A model generated the notes under the pieces. It worked only from the letters and a program-made list of their open reading frames with translations. It made no database searches and was not told the DNA's origin. From Promethearchaeota archaeon (lineage in GTDB: Archaea; Asgardarchaeota; Lokiarchaeia; Sigyniarchaeales; SOKP01): a DNA stretch of 50,406 bases. The stretch spans positions 1 to 50,406 of the forward strand of contig JAHLWH010000066.1 of NCBI GenBank assembly GCA_019058015.1, read 5' to 3'. The translations under genes and the position numbers were made by a program. Shown here piece after piece: positions 37,546-47,921 of this stretch (position 1 is its first letter; every line of letters begins with the position of its first letter).

Positions 37546-38955
37546 ATGAGCAAATCTGAAAAAGATATAAAAAAATCAAAATTTTCATATAAACGCGGGC
37601 TTTCCTATAGTATCGGTCAAATGTCAGATATTACCTCATACCAAACCTTTACATTTTTAATATTTACTTTCTACTATGCTGTTGTTGGAGTTAGCGTAAT
37701 TTTAATAATGATTGGATTTATAATATGGGCCTTATGGAATAGTTTTAACGATTTTCTTATAGGATATTTATCAGACAGAACACATACAAAATGGGGGAGG
37801 AGGTATCCTTATATAATGTTTTCAATAATTCCTTTAGCATTCATAATGTTTTTTCTATTTACACCTCTATTTCCCATAGGTACAGAAAACCAAATCGCAA
37901 ACTTTGTCTATTTTTTAATAATAATTATTATCTTTGAACTCTTTTTTACAATGTACGACTTAAATTATACTGCACTTTTTCCTGAACTATTTATAACGCT
38001 CGATGAAAGAACAAAAGCCAACAATTTAAGACAGGCATTTGCGATTATTGGATTAATTATGGCTTTTGTTTTGCCAGGATTGTTTATTACTGATTATTCT
38101 GACCCTCAATACCTTGGAGAATATCAGTTATTTGGAATAATTATTGCAATAATTGTTATCATCCCAGGACTCATTTTTCTTAAAATAACTCCTAGAGAAA
38201 AAGCTGAATTTAAAGAGGATTACAAAAAAACGCCAAGATTCATTGATTCCCTTAAAACTTGTGTTAAAAGTAAAAGTTTTATGTGGTATATCCCTGCAGA
38301 GGTTGCAAATTGGTTTGTATACGGTATATTACCTGCCATTGTTCCACTATATGGAAAATTTGTCTTACAAATTACGGATACATTAATTCTATCTCTATTA
38401 TTAGGAATTTCATTCATATCTGCAGCTATTTTTATGACAATATTATGGAAACCAGTTGTTCAAAAGATTGGACCAAGAAAGTCTTGGTTAATATCAATGT
38501 CAATATGGATAGCAACGCTTATACCTCTATTGTTTATTGGGGATATGATCTCAGGATTAATTGTATTTTTTCTAATGGGTATTGGCCTATCTGGCTCGCT
38601 ATATATAATTGATATCATTATTTCTGATATCGTTGATGAAGATGAGATTAACACTGGAATACGTAGAGAAGGAGCATATTATGGAGTAAATATGTTCCTA
38701 ATGCACTTATCAACAGTTTTAGTATTCTTAGTAATTGGACCTGTTTTTATTATTTCTAATTGGGAAGTATTTGATCCTTTAAATGTAACCCCGGAGATCA
38801 TTTTTGGACTTAGAAGTTTAATGACTATCTTTCCTTCAATTGCTTTATTAATTGCTCTTCTTGTTATATATAAATATCCTTTAGATGATGAACGGTTAAA
38901 ACAAGTTAAGAAACAACGTGAAAAATTACACGAAGAAAAGAAATCAAAAATATAA
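37546..38955 (+). CDS. MFS transporter, glycoside-pentoside-hexuronide (MelB-like) family
   Basis: About 12 TM segments, GYLSDRTHTKWGRRYPY and DEDEINTGIRREGAYYG. Confidence 0.9.
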   Translation: MSKSEKDIKKSKFSYKRGLSYSIGQMSDITSYQTFTFLIFTFYYAVVGVSVILIMIGFIIWALWNSFNDFLIGYLSDRTHTKWGRRYPYIMFSIIPLAFIMFFLFTPLFPIGTENQIANFVYFLIIIIIFELFFTMYDLNYTALFPELFITLDERTKANNLRQAFAIIGLIMAFVLPGLFITDYSDPQYLGEYQLFGIIIAIIVIIPGLIFLKITPREKAEFKEDYKKTPRFIDSLKTCVKSKSFMWYIPAEVANWFVYGILPAIVPLYGKFVLQITDTLILSLLLGISFISAAIFMTILWKPVVQKIGPRKSWLISMSIWIATLIPLLFIGDMISGLIVFFLMGIGLSGSLYIIDIIISDIVDEDEINTGIRREGAYYGVNMFLMHLSTVLVFLVIGPVFIISNWEVFDPLNVTPEIIFGLRSLMTIFPSIALLIALLVIYKYPLDDERLKQVKKQREKLHEEKKSKI

Positions 38956-39022
38956 TAACTTTCTTTTTTTATTTTTTCTATTTTTTCTATTTTATTTCTA
39001 AGGTATTTCAAATGTACATTTT

Positions 39023-40198
39023 TTAAATCGGATATTTACCATATTTTTGTACAGTCTCTTGCATTGCAAGAAAATTCTCTAATTTAATTGCTGGATTAAT
39101 ACTATGTCCAGAACTTAAAATAAATCCCCCGCCAGGAGCAATCTCTGCAATTAATTTTCTCGTATAATTACAGATATATTCTTGATCTTTATTTGCAAGA
39201 TCCATTGGACTCACATTTCCAATAAATGAAATTTTATCTCCATATTTTTGATTTAATTTGAAAATATTATATTCAGGATTAGCCGTTGTGGGCTCAAGAG
39301 GATGAATTGCATCCACACCGCATTTAATAATATCCTCAAAAATTTGATAAACATCTCCGCAACTATGTAAAATTAATTTTAACCCGCCTTTATGAGCCGT
39401 TTTACAAATCTGTTCTAACCAAGGAAGTACAAATTTTCGATAATTTCGGGGACTCATTAATAATCCCGCTTTATATCCATAATCATCACCAACTAAAATT
39501 GAGCCTGTTTCGCCCCAATCAATAATTCGTTTTACCATTTCAACTGCAAATTTTCCTCTATCATCAAATACTTTTTTCATTTGCTTTTGTCGAGCTAATA
39601 ATCTACTAAAATTCTCCAACCCAAATCCTTGCCATGTGGGTTCCATCATTCCAAAGATACTTGGAACGAAATAAATTTTTTTCTCATATTTCTTTTCAAT
39701 TTCTTTTGCTATTTTAAAAACATTTTCTCTAACAGGATTATCAGGATCTAAAGGCGGAAATGATACATAATCCTCAAAATCTTTTAAAGTGCCACCCATA
39801 TAATAAAGGATATCCATATTATCAGAAGGATTTTTTTTAATATGCAAGAGTCTTCCAGTTTCATCAATAAATCCATTTTTTTGGTAATAAAGAGGATAAT
39901 AACCTAACCATACTGAACCTAGGTCTAATCCGATTTTTTTATAAAGTTCCATCGCTGGTTTTACAGCAAGTCCCGGTTTTGAAAATTTATTGCTTATTTT
40001 TGTTAAAAGATTTTTATTTCCAAGTAATAAATAGTACATTCTCTTAAGTAATTTCCCTGTTCCTTGAAATCCATATTTAACGTCAAAATAAGAACATATT
40101 TTCAGATTATCTATTGATATTTCAAAAGTTGGAATACGATCCGGCTCCTCATGATTTATTGCTTTTAGAACTCTCTCTTGAGCATTCATATTTATCAA
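39023..40198 (-). CDS. Uroporphyrinogen decarboxylase (URO-D)/MtaA-like superfamily protein
   Basis: ERVLKAINHEEPDRIP, GDDYG, LHSCG and APGGGFILSSGHSI. Confidence 0.85.
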   Translation of the reverse strand: MINMNAQERVLKAINHEEPDRIPTFEISIDNLKICSYFDVKYGFQGTGKLLKRMYYLLLGNKNLLTKISNKFSKPGLAVKPAMELYKKIGLDLGSVWLGYYPLYYQKNGFIDETGRLLHIKKNPSDNMDILYYMGGTLKDFEDYVSFPPLDPDNPVRENVFKIAKEIEKKYEKKIYFVPSIFGMMEPTWQGFGLENFSRLLARQKQMKKVFDDRGKFAVEMVKRIIDWGETGSILVGDDYGYKAGLLMSPRNYRKFVLPWLEQICKTAHKGGLKLILHSCGDVYQIFEDIIKCGVDAIHPLEPTTANPEYNIFKLNQKYGDKISFIGNVSPMDLANKDQEYICNYTRKLIAEIAPGGGFILSSGHSINPAIKLENFLAMQETVQKYGKYPI

Positions 40199-40329
40199 AT
40201 AACACCTTTTATTTTTTAATTTTTATAAAAAAAATGTAGTTATTCACTGAGAGATAAAAATTGAAATAAAATTCTAGGTAAAATTAATAGTATTAAGGAA
40301 AGTAAAAAAAAATAATTAAAATTAAAGAT

Positions 40330-41754
40330 TTAAATTTTAGATTGGGTTAGTTTTTCTTTCTTTTCTGCATGTAATTTTTCAACATCTATTTTTAATTGCT
40401 CATATTTCTCCTTAGTTATTGGAAATCGACTCATTGATATTATTCCAATTCCTAAGGCAATCGCCGGAAAAATACACATTAAGCTTCGAAGTCCAAATTC
40501 AACTATGTTTAAGTCTACATCCTCAGTAAAAACTGCCCATCCAACATTTGTAAAAACTATACCAATAGTTACCATTACAAATATCGTTGAAAATCTAATA
40601 ACCAAAGCATTAATTCCATAATAACCCCCTTCTCGACGAACTCCTGTTGTTAATTCATCATCATCAACAATCGCGGAAATAAGAAGATCATTAAATGTAA
40701 TTGCACCAGAAAGCCCTATTCCTAAGATAAAAAAAGCTACGTAAGCCAAAATTATATCAGAAATGAACATAAGTGGAAATAGTGTAATTATAAAAGTTGC
40801 AGCAGATATCATTGCTGCTCTTTTCACCCCAGTTTTGACAGCAATGTAACGCCATAAAACAGTAAATATTGCTGCAGAAAGGAATGCCACACCCAAAAGC
40901 AAACCTAATTCAAATGCGAATTCCTCAATGCCTAAAACAAATCTTCCGAAAAGTGGCACTATAGTAGGCAGCATTCCAAAAACATACCACGTTGCTAATC
41001 CATAAATAACATATGCTCGAAAAGACTTATTCTTCAAAGAAAATTTTAATGATTTAAAAAATGGGGGAGCTGTTTTAGCGTCTTCAGAAAATTCTACTCT
41101 TTCTCTAATACCAAATTTTATGAAAATTACTCCTACTATAGCCATCAAAATCGCTATAATAATACCAGCAGTTATATATTCAGTTAAATAAACCTCGGTT
41201 GCCAAATCGGGTTTATTCATATCCGGAATTAAAAAGGTTGGCAAAATAAAAGCAAAAATTAGACAAAATACAGTAACAATTTGTCTAATCATTTGAGCTT
41301 TTGCTCTATCTTCTAAATTTTGGAAAATTTCAGGAAATAGCGATATGTTATTTAACGAAAACATTGTATAGAAAGTGTCGAATAAACAAATTATAACGAG
41401 AAAATATATGAAAGAGCTAACAACATTATCCGTAGGCGGAGTGAATAGCAATATCATAATAATACATAATGGACCCAGACCAGCGACAATATAAGGTTTT
41501 CTTCTTCCCCATCTTGTTTTTGTACGATCTGATAGAGCACCCATTAATGGATCATTAATAGCATTCCAGATACTCCAAATAATGAACCCAATGGTAATTG
41601 GAAGTATTACTTTCATAACTACAGTAAAATAGAAGTTAAAAACTAAAAATGTAAATGTTTGGTATGATAATTGGTCAGGGAACTGTCCGATATTATACGC
41701 TATCGCAAATTTAGTCGAAAATTTCTCATCTTTCTCTATATTGTTTCTACTCAT
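40330..41754 (-). CDS. MFS transporter, GPH (MelB-like) family; paralog of 37546..38955
   Basis: NDPLMGALSDRTKTRWGRRKPY and DDDELTTGVRREGGYYG. Confidence 0.9.
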   Translation of the reverse strand: MSRNNIEKDEKFSTKFAIAYNIGQFPDQLSYQTFTFLVFNFYFTVVMKVILPITIGFIIWSIWNAINDPLMGALSDRTKTRWGRRKPYIVAGLGPLCIIMILLFTPPTDNVVSSFIYFLVIICLFDTFYTMFSLNNISLFPEIFQNLEDRAKAQMIRQIVTVFCLIFAFILPTFLIPDMNKPDLATEVYLTEYITAGIIIAILMAIVGVIFIKFGIRERVEFSEDAKTAPPFFKSLKFSLKNKSFRAYVIYGLATWYVFGMLPTIVPLFGRFVLGIEEFAFELGLLLGVAFLSAAIFTVLWRYIAVKTGVKRAAMISAATFIITLFPLMFISDIILAYVAFFILGIGLSGAITFNDLLISAIVDDDELTTGVRREGGYYGINALVIRFSTIFVMVTIGIVFTNVGWAVFTEDVDLNIVEFGLRSLMCIFPAIALGIGIISMSRFPITKEKYEQLKIDVEKLHAEKKEKLTQSKI

Positions 41755-41928
41755 TTTTTATCATTTTTTATTAATTTTTTTTTAAATTAAAAATTGTTAA
41801 ATTTAATTTTAATTCATTTTTTTTATATTTATGCAATGATCTTGTTGTGATTCTTTATATAATATATAATCTAATATACAAATTGAAAACTTTTTAACAA
41901 AAAATAAAAGTGGACATATCTTGACTAA

Positions 41929-42507
41929 AAAAATTCAACTCTATATACTTCCTACATCGCTGATAAATTAAACATGCCCTATTATTATGGACCAAAATTC
42001 TTTAAACATTATGGAAATGCCATACTTAGTAAATATCCATTCTTGGAGGCTGAAACATTTCCTATTCCTCATGTAGTTGCTGGTTCGGAACCAAGAGCGG
42101 TAATACGAGCAAGATTACTCATTAATTCCCAGATTTGGACAGTTTATGTTACTCATTTATCTACTAAACATCAAGATCGCCTTGCTCAAGTATCTTATAA
42201 CTATTCAAATTCGATTGGCTCGATAATTGCTGATAGTACCTTCGAACGAGTTGTGTGGATGGGGGATTTTAATTTTGATCCAATATCCGAGGAATATTCC
42301 ATATTAAATTTAAGTGAATCAATTAAATTTATTGATACACACCAATTTTTAGATACAATTCCAGAATATACTGGAAACTTTGATGATAATTACCAACCAA
42401 CTCAAAGAATTGATTATATTATGTGTTCTCCAGATTTAATCCCAACGGAAAATGAAGTAATTTGCTCTATTGGTTCAGATCATTGTGCTGTATTAACAAA
42501 ATTTTAA
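41929..42507 (+). pseudogene. Endonuclease/exonuclease/phosphatase (EEP) family, N-terminally truncated
   Basis: GNAILSKYP, VTHL, MGDFN, RIDYI and SDH are present. The N-terminal xNx and LQE motifs are absent, and the frame is closed by TAA at 41926. Confidence 0.65.
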
Positions 42508-42580
42508 TTATTTTTTTTCCCAACCTAATTTTTTCCTAATAAAAAATAGATTTTTATAGAAAAATTAGGACTATAACATT

Positions 42581-42940
42581 ATGATTGAATTTCCAGAAAA
42601 AATTCTTGATGAGTTAGTAAATTTAAAATCTGAATTAGAAAAAATTGAGAGTAAGTTAGACAGTATAATTGAGAATGTTAAATCTTCAAGTGCAAAAAGT
42701 CCCAGTGTTACACAAACCACTGAAACTGTTGAGATGAGAAAACCTTCTCAAGTTGTTGAGGAGCAAAAAGCTAAAGAAAAAATCGAAGAAAAACCAGTTG
42801 AGGGAAGAATTAAATGTCCCCAGTGTGGTTCATTACAATTTTCTGAAGTCGAAGATAAAAATAAAGTATTATATTATCAAAGTGGTGCACCAATATACGC
42901 TAAGAAAAAGGTTTGCCGAAAATGTGGAGAAGAAATTTAA
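42581..42940 (+). CDS. Coiled-coil plus zinc-ribbon hypothetical protein
   Basis: N-terminal heptad repeats and CPQCG...CRKCG. Confidence 0.75.
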   Translation: MIEFPEKILDELVNLKSELEKIESKLDSIIENVKSSSAKSPSVTQTTETVEMRKPSQVVEEQKAKEKIEEKPVEGRIKCPQCGSLQFSEVEDKNKVLYYQSGAPIYAKKKVCRKCGEEI

Positions 42941-43015
42941 GAAAAAATCTTTTTATTTTTTTTCTCTTTTAAACTATACTTCAAATCTCAGAAAAAAAGA
43001 ATTTTTAGTAGTGTT

Positions 43016-43414
43016 TTAAGTTTTTATTGGCATATCTCTACTTGCTATAACATTAACTTCCAAATTATGAATATTCTCAACCAAAATATCACCAACTTTA
43101 ATTGGTGCCTTGACCTTAATACTTGAGAGTTCGTTAATTATTTCAAATACCGATTCTTTTGGGATTGGTTTCTCAGTTCTTACTGGAATAATGGGTAGAA
43201 ATCCATCCTCAACTCTCATGGTTGCTGTAACAATTCTTTTTGGTTCAAAAAGTTCCTCCTTTGCATATTCCTCTCCTCTTTTACACCCAAAACCTATAAT
43301 CTTAACCTCTCCATCAACGTTCTCGGCTGTGATCTCACAACCAGTTGGACATACTATACATCTAATAACTTTTTTATCTTCTGATAATTTATCTTTTTTA
43401 CTACTCTCTGACAT
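43016..43414 (-). CDS. DUF1667-like CxxC protein (partner of GlpA-like oxidoreductases)
   Basis: CIVCPTGC, GCKRGEEYA and PVRTEKPIPK. Confidence 0.85.
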   Translation of the reverse strand: MSESSKKDKLSEDKKVIRCIVCPTGCEITAENVDGEVKIIGFGCKRGEEYAKEELFEPKRIVTATMRVEDGFLPIIPVRTEKPIPKESVFEIINELSSIKVKAPIKVGDILVENIHNLEVNVIASRDMPIKT

Positions 43415-43417
43415 TTA

Positions 43418-44719
43418 TTATCCCACCTCATCTAAAACTTCCAATAATGACACAGGTAACACCTCAATTTTTAATTCCCTACAATTTGGAGAAATAATTT
43501 CTAGTTTAAACTTTGTCCTGACTTCGATCATTTCGCTTGGAATTACAAATGATCTTACTCTTTGATAAACAATTTTATTTACTTCTTTAATTACAATAAT
43601 AACATCTCTATCGGGTTCTTTAACTCTTAAATGAAAATGTAAGAGATTTTCTAAATTGGAAAAATTCACATAATCAGGTTTTACATATCCAACATTTATC
43701 CCTGGGATTATCTTAATATGATCCTTTTTAATTTGTTCCTTACCATACCTTTCTTTCACGTAAATAGCAGCATTTTTGCCAGCTCTCTTAGCTTCTTCAG
43801 AAACATTATCAACGAGATCATGAACTTGAAGAACATTACCGCATGCAAAAATTCCGTCCATAATAGTCTCTAAATTATCATCTACTATGGGACCTCCGTT
43901 ATTAGATAATTCCGCCCCTGCTTTGGTTGTTAATTCATTTTCTGGTACTAACCCAACTGATAAAAGTATTGAATCGCATTCAATATATTGATCTGAATCT
44001 ACAATCCGATCCCAATTTTGATCAACACTGGAAATTGTAACACCCTCAACTCTTTCTTTCCCATGAATTTTTGTTATTGTATGATTTAAAATAAGAGGTA
44101 TATTATAATCTTCCAAACATTGAACTTGATTTCTTATTAATCCACTGACATATGACTTAATTTCCACAACTGCTTTAACCTCACAGCCTAACCAAGTTAA
44201 TCTCCTTGCCATTATCATACCAATGTCTCCTGACCCTAAAATTACAAAGGTTTTTCCGGGAATATATCCTTCGATATTCACAAACCTTTGAGCTTGTCCC
44301 GCAGTATAAATTCCAGCTGGTCGAAAACCTGGAATATTGATAGCTCCTCTTGTCTTTTCTCTGCATCCCATTGATAAAATAATTGCTTTAGCCTTAATTC
44401 TTAAGAAGCCCTCTTTTTTATTTACTGCGTAAATCTCTTTATCTTCGGTAATTTCTATTACCATGGTATCCAGTTTATATGGAATTTTTAATTCCTTCGC
44501 TTCATCAATAAATCTTTGAATATATTCAGGTCCTGTAAGATCTTCTTTAAATATTTTAAGGCCAAATCCATTGTGTATGCATTGTAACGTGATACCACCG
44601 AGCTCATCATTTCTTTCTAATATCAATACATCCATTCCTTGTTTTTTAGCTTCAATTGCTGCTCCCAACCCGGCAGACCCTGCCCCAATAACTGCAATAT
44701 CTATATCTAATGATTTCAC
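43418..44719 (-). CDS. FAD/NAD(P)-dependent pyridine nucleotide-disulfide oxidoreductase
   Basis: IGAGSAG, LQCIHNGFG, GSGDIG and FACGNVLQVHDLVD. Confidence 0.9.
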   Translation of the reverse strand: MKSLDIDIAVIGAGSAGLGAAIEAKKQGMDVLILERNDELGGITLQCIHNGFGLKIFKEDLTGPEYIQRFIDEAKELKIPYKLDTMVIEITEDKEIYAVNKKEGFLRIKAKAIILSMGCREKTRGAINIPGFRPAGIYTAGQAQRFVNIEGYIPGKTFVILGSGDIGMIMARRLTWLGCEVKAVVEIKSYVSGLIRNQVQCLEDYNIPLILNHTITKIHGKERVEGVTISSVDQNWDRIVDSDQYIECDSILLSVGLVPENELTTKAGAELSNNGGPIVDDNLETIMDGIFACGNVLQVHDLVDNVSEEAKRAGKNAAIYVKERYGKEQIKKDHIKIIPGINVGYVKPDYVNFSNLENLLHFHLRVKEPDRDVIIVIKEVNKIVYQRVRSFVIPSEMIEVRTKFKLEIISPNCRELKIEVLPVSLLEVLDEVG

Positions 44720-46200
44720 TTTTCCGCAACCTCCTTAGATTCCTTGCTATCTTCTGTTAACTTTATGCATAGCACTTTATTTACTAAATAATGCGAACCT
44801 TTTCCTCTTTTAGTAACTTCCTTATAAGGTATATCTAATTCTCGAGATAAGATTTCCATTACTCTTGGCATACAAAAACCACCTTGACACCGTCCCATTC
44901 CGGCGCGACATCTAAACTTAACTCCATCGACTGTTGTTGCTCCTACAGGTCTGTGGATTGCATCAACAATTTCTGCTTCAGGAATGGTCTCACACCTGCA
45001 TATAATTCGTCCCCACGCTTGATTTTCCATAATTTTTTGGTTAAGTTTCATTTTAGTAAAATCCGAAAGATGCTCTGGTTTTGGTCTATATGGGTTATAT
45101 TTCTCTTTTTCCTTTAATTCTTCACCTAAATCTTCAATTAAAATTCTCACAACTTCTTCTGCAATTGCAAATGTTGAAGTAAGTCCCGGCGATAAAATAC
45201 CGGCAACATTCACAAAACCAACCATTTCTGTCGCTTCTATAATGAAATCTATTGTATTTGAAACTGCACGTAATCCTGCAAAATTACGAATTGCTGCATT
45301 TAATGGTAAATTTGGAACAAGCATTACACCCCCAGATATTATCTCCTTAAGCCCTCTAGTTGTTGTAGATATATCATCAATATCTAAAATATTATCTGCA
45401 TTTGGACCAATAAATACATGACCATGAATTGTTGGTGAAGCTAAAATTCCCTTAGATAACCTTGTTGGCATCGGAAATAGAACTTTATTAAGATGAATTA
45501 AGCCTTTATCAAATAAAATATACTCCCCTCTTCGCGGATATATCTCAAAAGTATCAGCTCCAGCCATTCGTGAAACTTCAGCAGCAAATAGACCACCTGC
45601 ATTAATTACAATCCTTGAAGTAAATTTCTTGGGTTTTGTTTCCACCTCAAAACCGGCAACTATTTTATTTATACCAATAACTTCATGCTCTCTAAAAAAT
45701 TCAACACCGTTTATATGCGCATTTTCAGCTAACGCAAATGTTAATTCATAAGGACTTACAATTCCTCCGCTTGGGGCATGAAGTACCGCTATTACTTTAT
45801 CCGTTAATTGAGGTTCCATTCGCTTAATCCGATTTTTATCGATAATAATCTCTAAACCTGGAACACCATCTTCTGTACCATAATTTCTTTTATATACCAA
45901 GTCTCTGATTTGTCTTTCTTCAAGTGCAACTACTAATGTTCCTGTCCTTTTAAAGGGAAAATTTAATTCCTTATGCGCCTGATCGAACAATTCATTCCCA
46001 CGAATACATAATTTTCTCTTTTTATATTTTCGATCTGCAGCATAACCCGCATGAATTACACCAGAATTAGCTTTAGTAGTTCCTGATGCTATATCAGATT
46101 CTTTTTCTAAAAGACAAATCTTTAAATCATAACGAGAAAGTGTTCTAGCTATACAACACCCAGTAACTCCCCCTCCAATAATAATTACATCATAATCCAT
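44716..46200 (-). CDS. FAD-dependent glycerol-3-phosphate dehydrogenase (GlpA)/L-2-hydroxyglutarate oxidase-like protein with BFD-like [2Fe-2S] domain
   Basis: IGGGVTG, TKANSGVIHAG, SPGLTS and CRCE...GRCQGGFC. Confidence 0.88.
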   Translation of the reverse strand: MDYDVIIIGGGVTGCCIARTLSRYDLKICLLEKESDIASGTTKANSGVIHAGYAADRKYKKRKLCIRGNELFDQAHKELNFPFKRTGTLVVALEERQIRDLVYKRNYGTEDGVPGLEIIIDKNRIKRMEPQLTDKVIAVLHAPSGGIVSPYELTFALAENAHINGVEFFREHEVIGINKIVAGFEVETKPKKFTSRIVINAGGLFAAEVSRMAGADTFEIYPRRGEYILFDKGLIHLNKVLFPMPTRLSKGILASPTIHGHVFIGPNADNILDIDDISTTTRGLKEIISGGVMLVPNLPLNAAIRNFAGLRAVSNTIDFIIEATEMVGFVNVAGILSPGLTSTFAIAEEVVRILIEDLGEELKEKEKYNPYRPKPEHLSDFTKMKLNQKIMENQAWGRIICRCETIPEAEIVDAIHRPVGATTVDGVKFRCRAGMGRCQGGFCMPRVMEILSRELDIPYKEVTKRGKGSHYLVNKVLCIKLTEDSKESKEVAEK

Positions 46201-46404
46201 TAAATTCAGTTCCGAAAAGATATTTTTACAAAATCAAATTCATTGATAATAATCTTAATTAAAATAAATAAAAGCAATTAAAAATCCTTTACTTTAATTG
46301 GGATTCCCTAAGAAGTTAATTATAATATTCCCTTAATAAAAATTTGCTTAATAATATAAAAAAAAACATTTGAATGTCGAGATCAAATAGGTTAAAAGCC
46401 AAAT

Positions 46405-46755
46405 TTAAAATAATATTAAAAATAACATTGTTATATTAAAAATACACCACAATATGAGTAAAGCTTTAACTAAAGGATTGAATAATATCCAATTCCTCTT
46501 TTTTACAATATTGTAATATAAAATCTGATTTCTTAAAATCCCCATGAATGAATTTGATGTCTTAAAATGGTCTCTTTTACTAAAATTACTCCCTAAAAAT
46601 CTTGGACTCGATAAATTCTTAATAAAATTATCAATATCTGTTGTAGATGATAAATCAAGATCCCTAGAAACCTTTGATTCATTAAGGTCTTTAACTATTC
46701 CCAACTTATCCAAAATTTTTTTGTTCCTAATGTAAAAATCTTCAAAAATTCTCAT
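46405..46755 (-). CDS. Hypothetical protein with C-terminal TM helix
   Basis: 116-aa ORF with a hydrophobic tail. Confidence 0.55.
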   Translation of the reverse strand: MRIFEDFYIRNKKILDKLGIVKDLNESKVSRDLDLSSTTDIDNFIKNLSSPRFLGSNFSKRDHFKTSNSFMGILRNQILYYNIVKKRNWILFNPLVKALLILWCIFNITMLFLILF

Positions 46756-46988
46756 ATTTTTAATATTAAAGATTTAGTGTTTCTTAATATATTCTATTTT
46801 ATTATATACAAATCATTGTATAAATTTTTTATTACTTCAAAAAAAAAAAAGAAACATAAATAATGGAATTTTTCATTATCTCTTACTAAATAGATAATTC
46901 AATAATTTATAAAATAACAAGGGAAATTAAAAATATCCTTGATATTATAAAAATAAGTTTAAAAAAGAACATTTATTCATATTTAATC

Positions 46989-47405
46989 ATGCCTAGCCTA
47001 TTAGATACTATATTAGATATTTTTGAAGTAAAAAATATAGAGAAAATTGATCAAGAAGAATTAATCGAGAACCTAAGTTATGCAGGCGATGTAATCCAAG
47101 AAAATCTGGAAGAAAGTATTCAAAAAGATAAATCCCTTAAACTCTCCGATGATATCTTATATTATGTGAATGGTAATGTGTGGGAAGAAAATAATAAGAT
47201 CTATTTGGAACTCGATCTTAGTAGAGAAGATACTTCCACCGAGGATGAAGATGAAGCATCTAAAACAGTTTTCACTTCCGGAACTCCAATAGAGATCTGT
47301 AATATTTCATCAGATATGAAAAATGCAGAGATCATCCAAAAAGTCCAAGAAAAAATTGATGAATTTCAAGAAAAATTCCTAAACCTTATTAAAGCCACAA
47401 AATAG
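46989..47405 (+). CDS. Acidic hypothetical protein
   Basis: 138-aa D/E-rich ORF. Confidence 0.7.
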   Translation: MPSLLDTILDIFEVKNIEKIDQEELIENLSYAGDVIQENLEESIQKDKSLKLSDDILYYVNGNVWEENNKIYLELDLSREDTSTEDEDEASKTVFTSGTPIEICNISSDMKNAEIIQKVQEKIDEFQEKFLNLIKATK

Positions 47406-47477
47406 TTATTTTCCTTCATTTTTTTCTTATTTTCAAAAAAAGTAATTTAAATTGACCCCTAAAGAATAAGTCTTATT

Positions 47478-47684
47478 TTAATCATCACCAGATACTTTCA
47501 CTGGCGAGTTTGATTTATTTTTTTGAACATTTGTGTAAAAACCCTTAACCTCACTTAACTCCATTGTTACAATCGTATGCCTTGCGTGGTCTTTTTCAAA
47601 CTTTTTTACTAGCTGAGAACTTAAGAAATTATCCGGATGAATTAGTACATACTGTTTACACTTTAAACAAGCACGTACTCGAAT
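47478..47684 (-). CDS. Small CxxC...HxxH zinc-finger protein (68 aa), ATT start, absent from the ORF track
   Basis: IRVRACLKCKQYVLIHPDNFLSSQLVKKFEKDHARHTIVTMELSEVKGFYTNVQKNKSNSPVKVSGDD*, with GAGGT 7 nt upstream of the ATT. Confidence 0.68.
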   Translation of the reverse strand: MRVRACLKCKQYVLIHPDNFLSSQLVKKFEKDHARHTIVTMELSEVKGFYTNVQKNKSNSPVKVSGDD

Positions 47685-47921
47685 CTTAATTACCTCATTA
47701 TAATTTTTATAATTATGCTATTAAATATCATAAATTACAAAGAAATAAATGTTTCGCATCTTTAGAATTTGAAACAATAACACGAACAAATGGCATAAAC
47801 CTAATTTTGAGTTAATTTACAATAAAGCCTACATAATTCCCTTAATATTAAAGAAAAATGTCCATGTGTTAAAGAAATTATTCAAATAATGAAATCCTAA
47901 AGAAAAATTACTTTTAATTCC

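Noticed and set aside
38956-39000. T-rich ttttttcta repeats and the 38679-39011 ORF
   Set aside because: Low-complexity terminator-like sequence between convergent genes; the ORF is an antisense shadow of the MFS gene.
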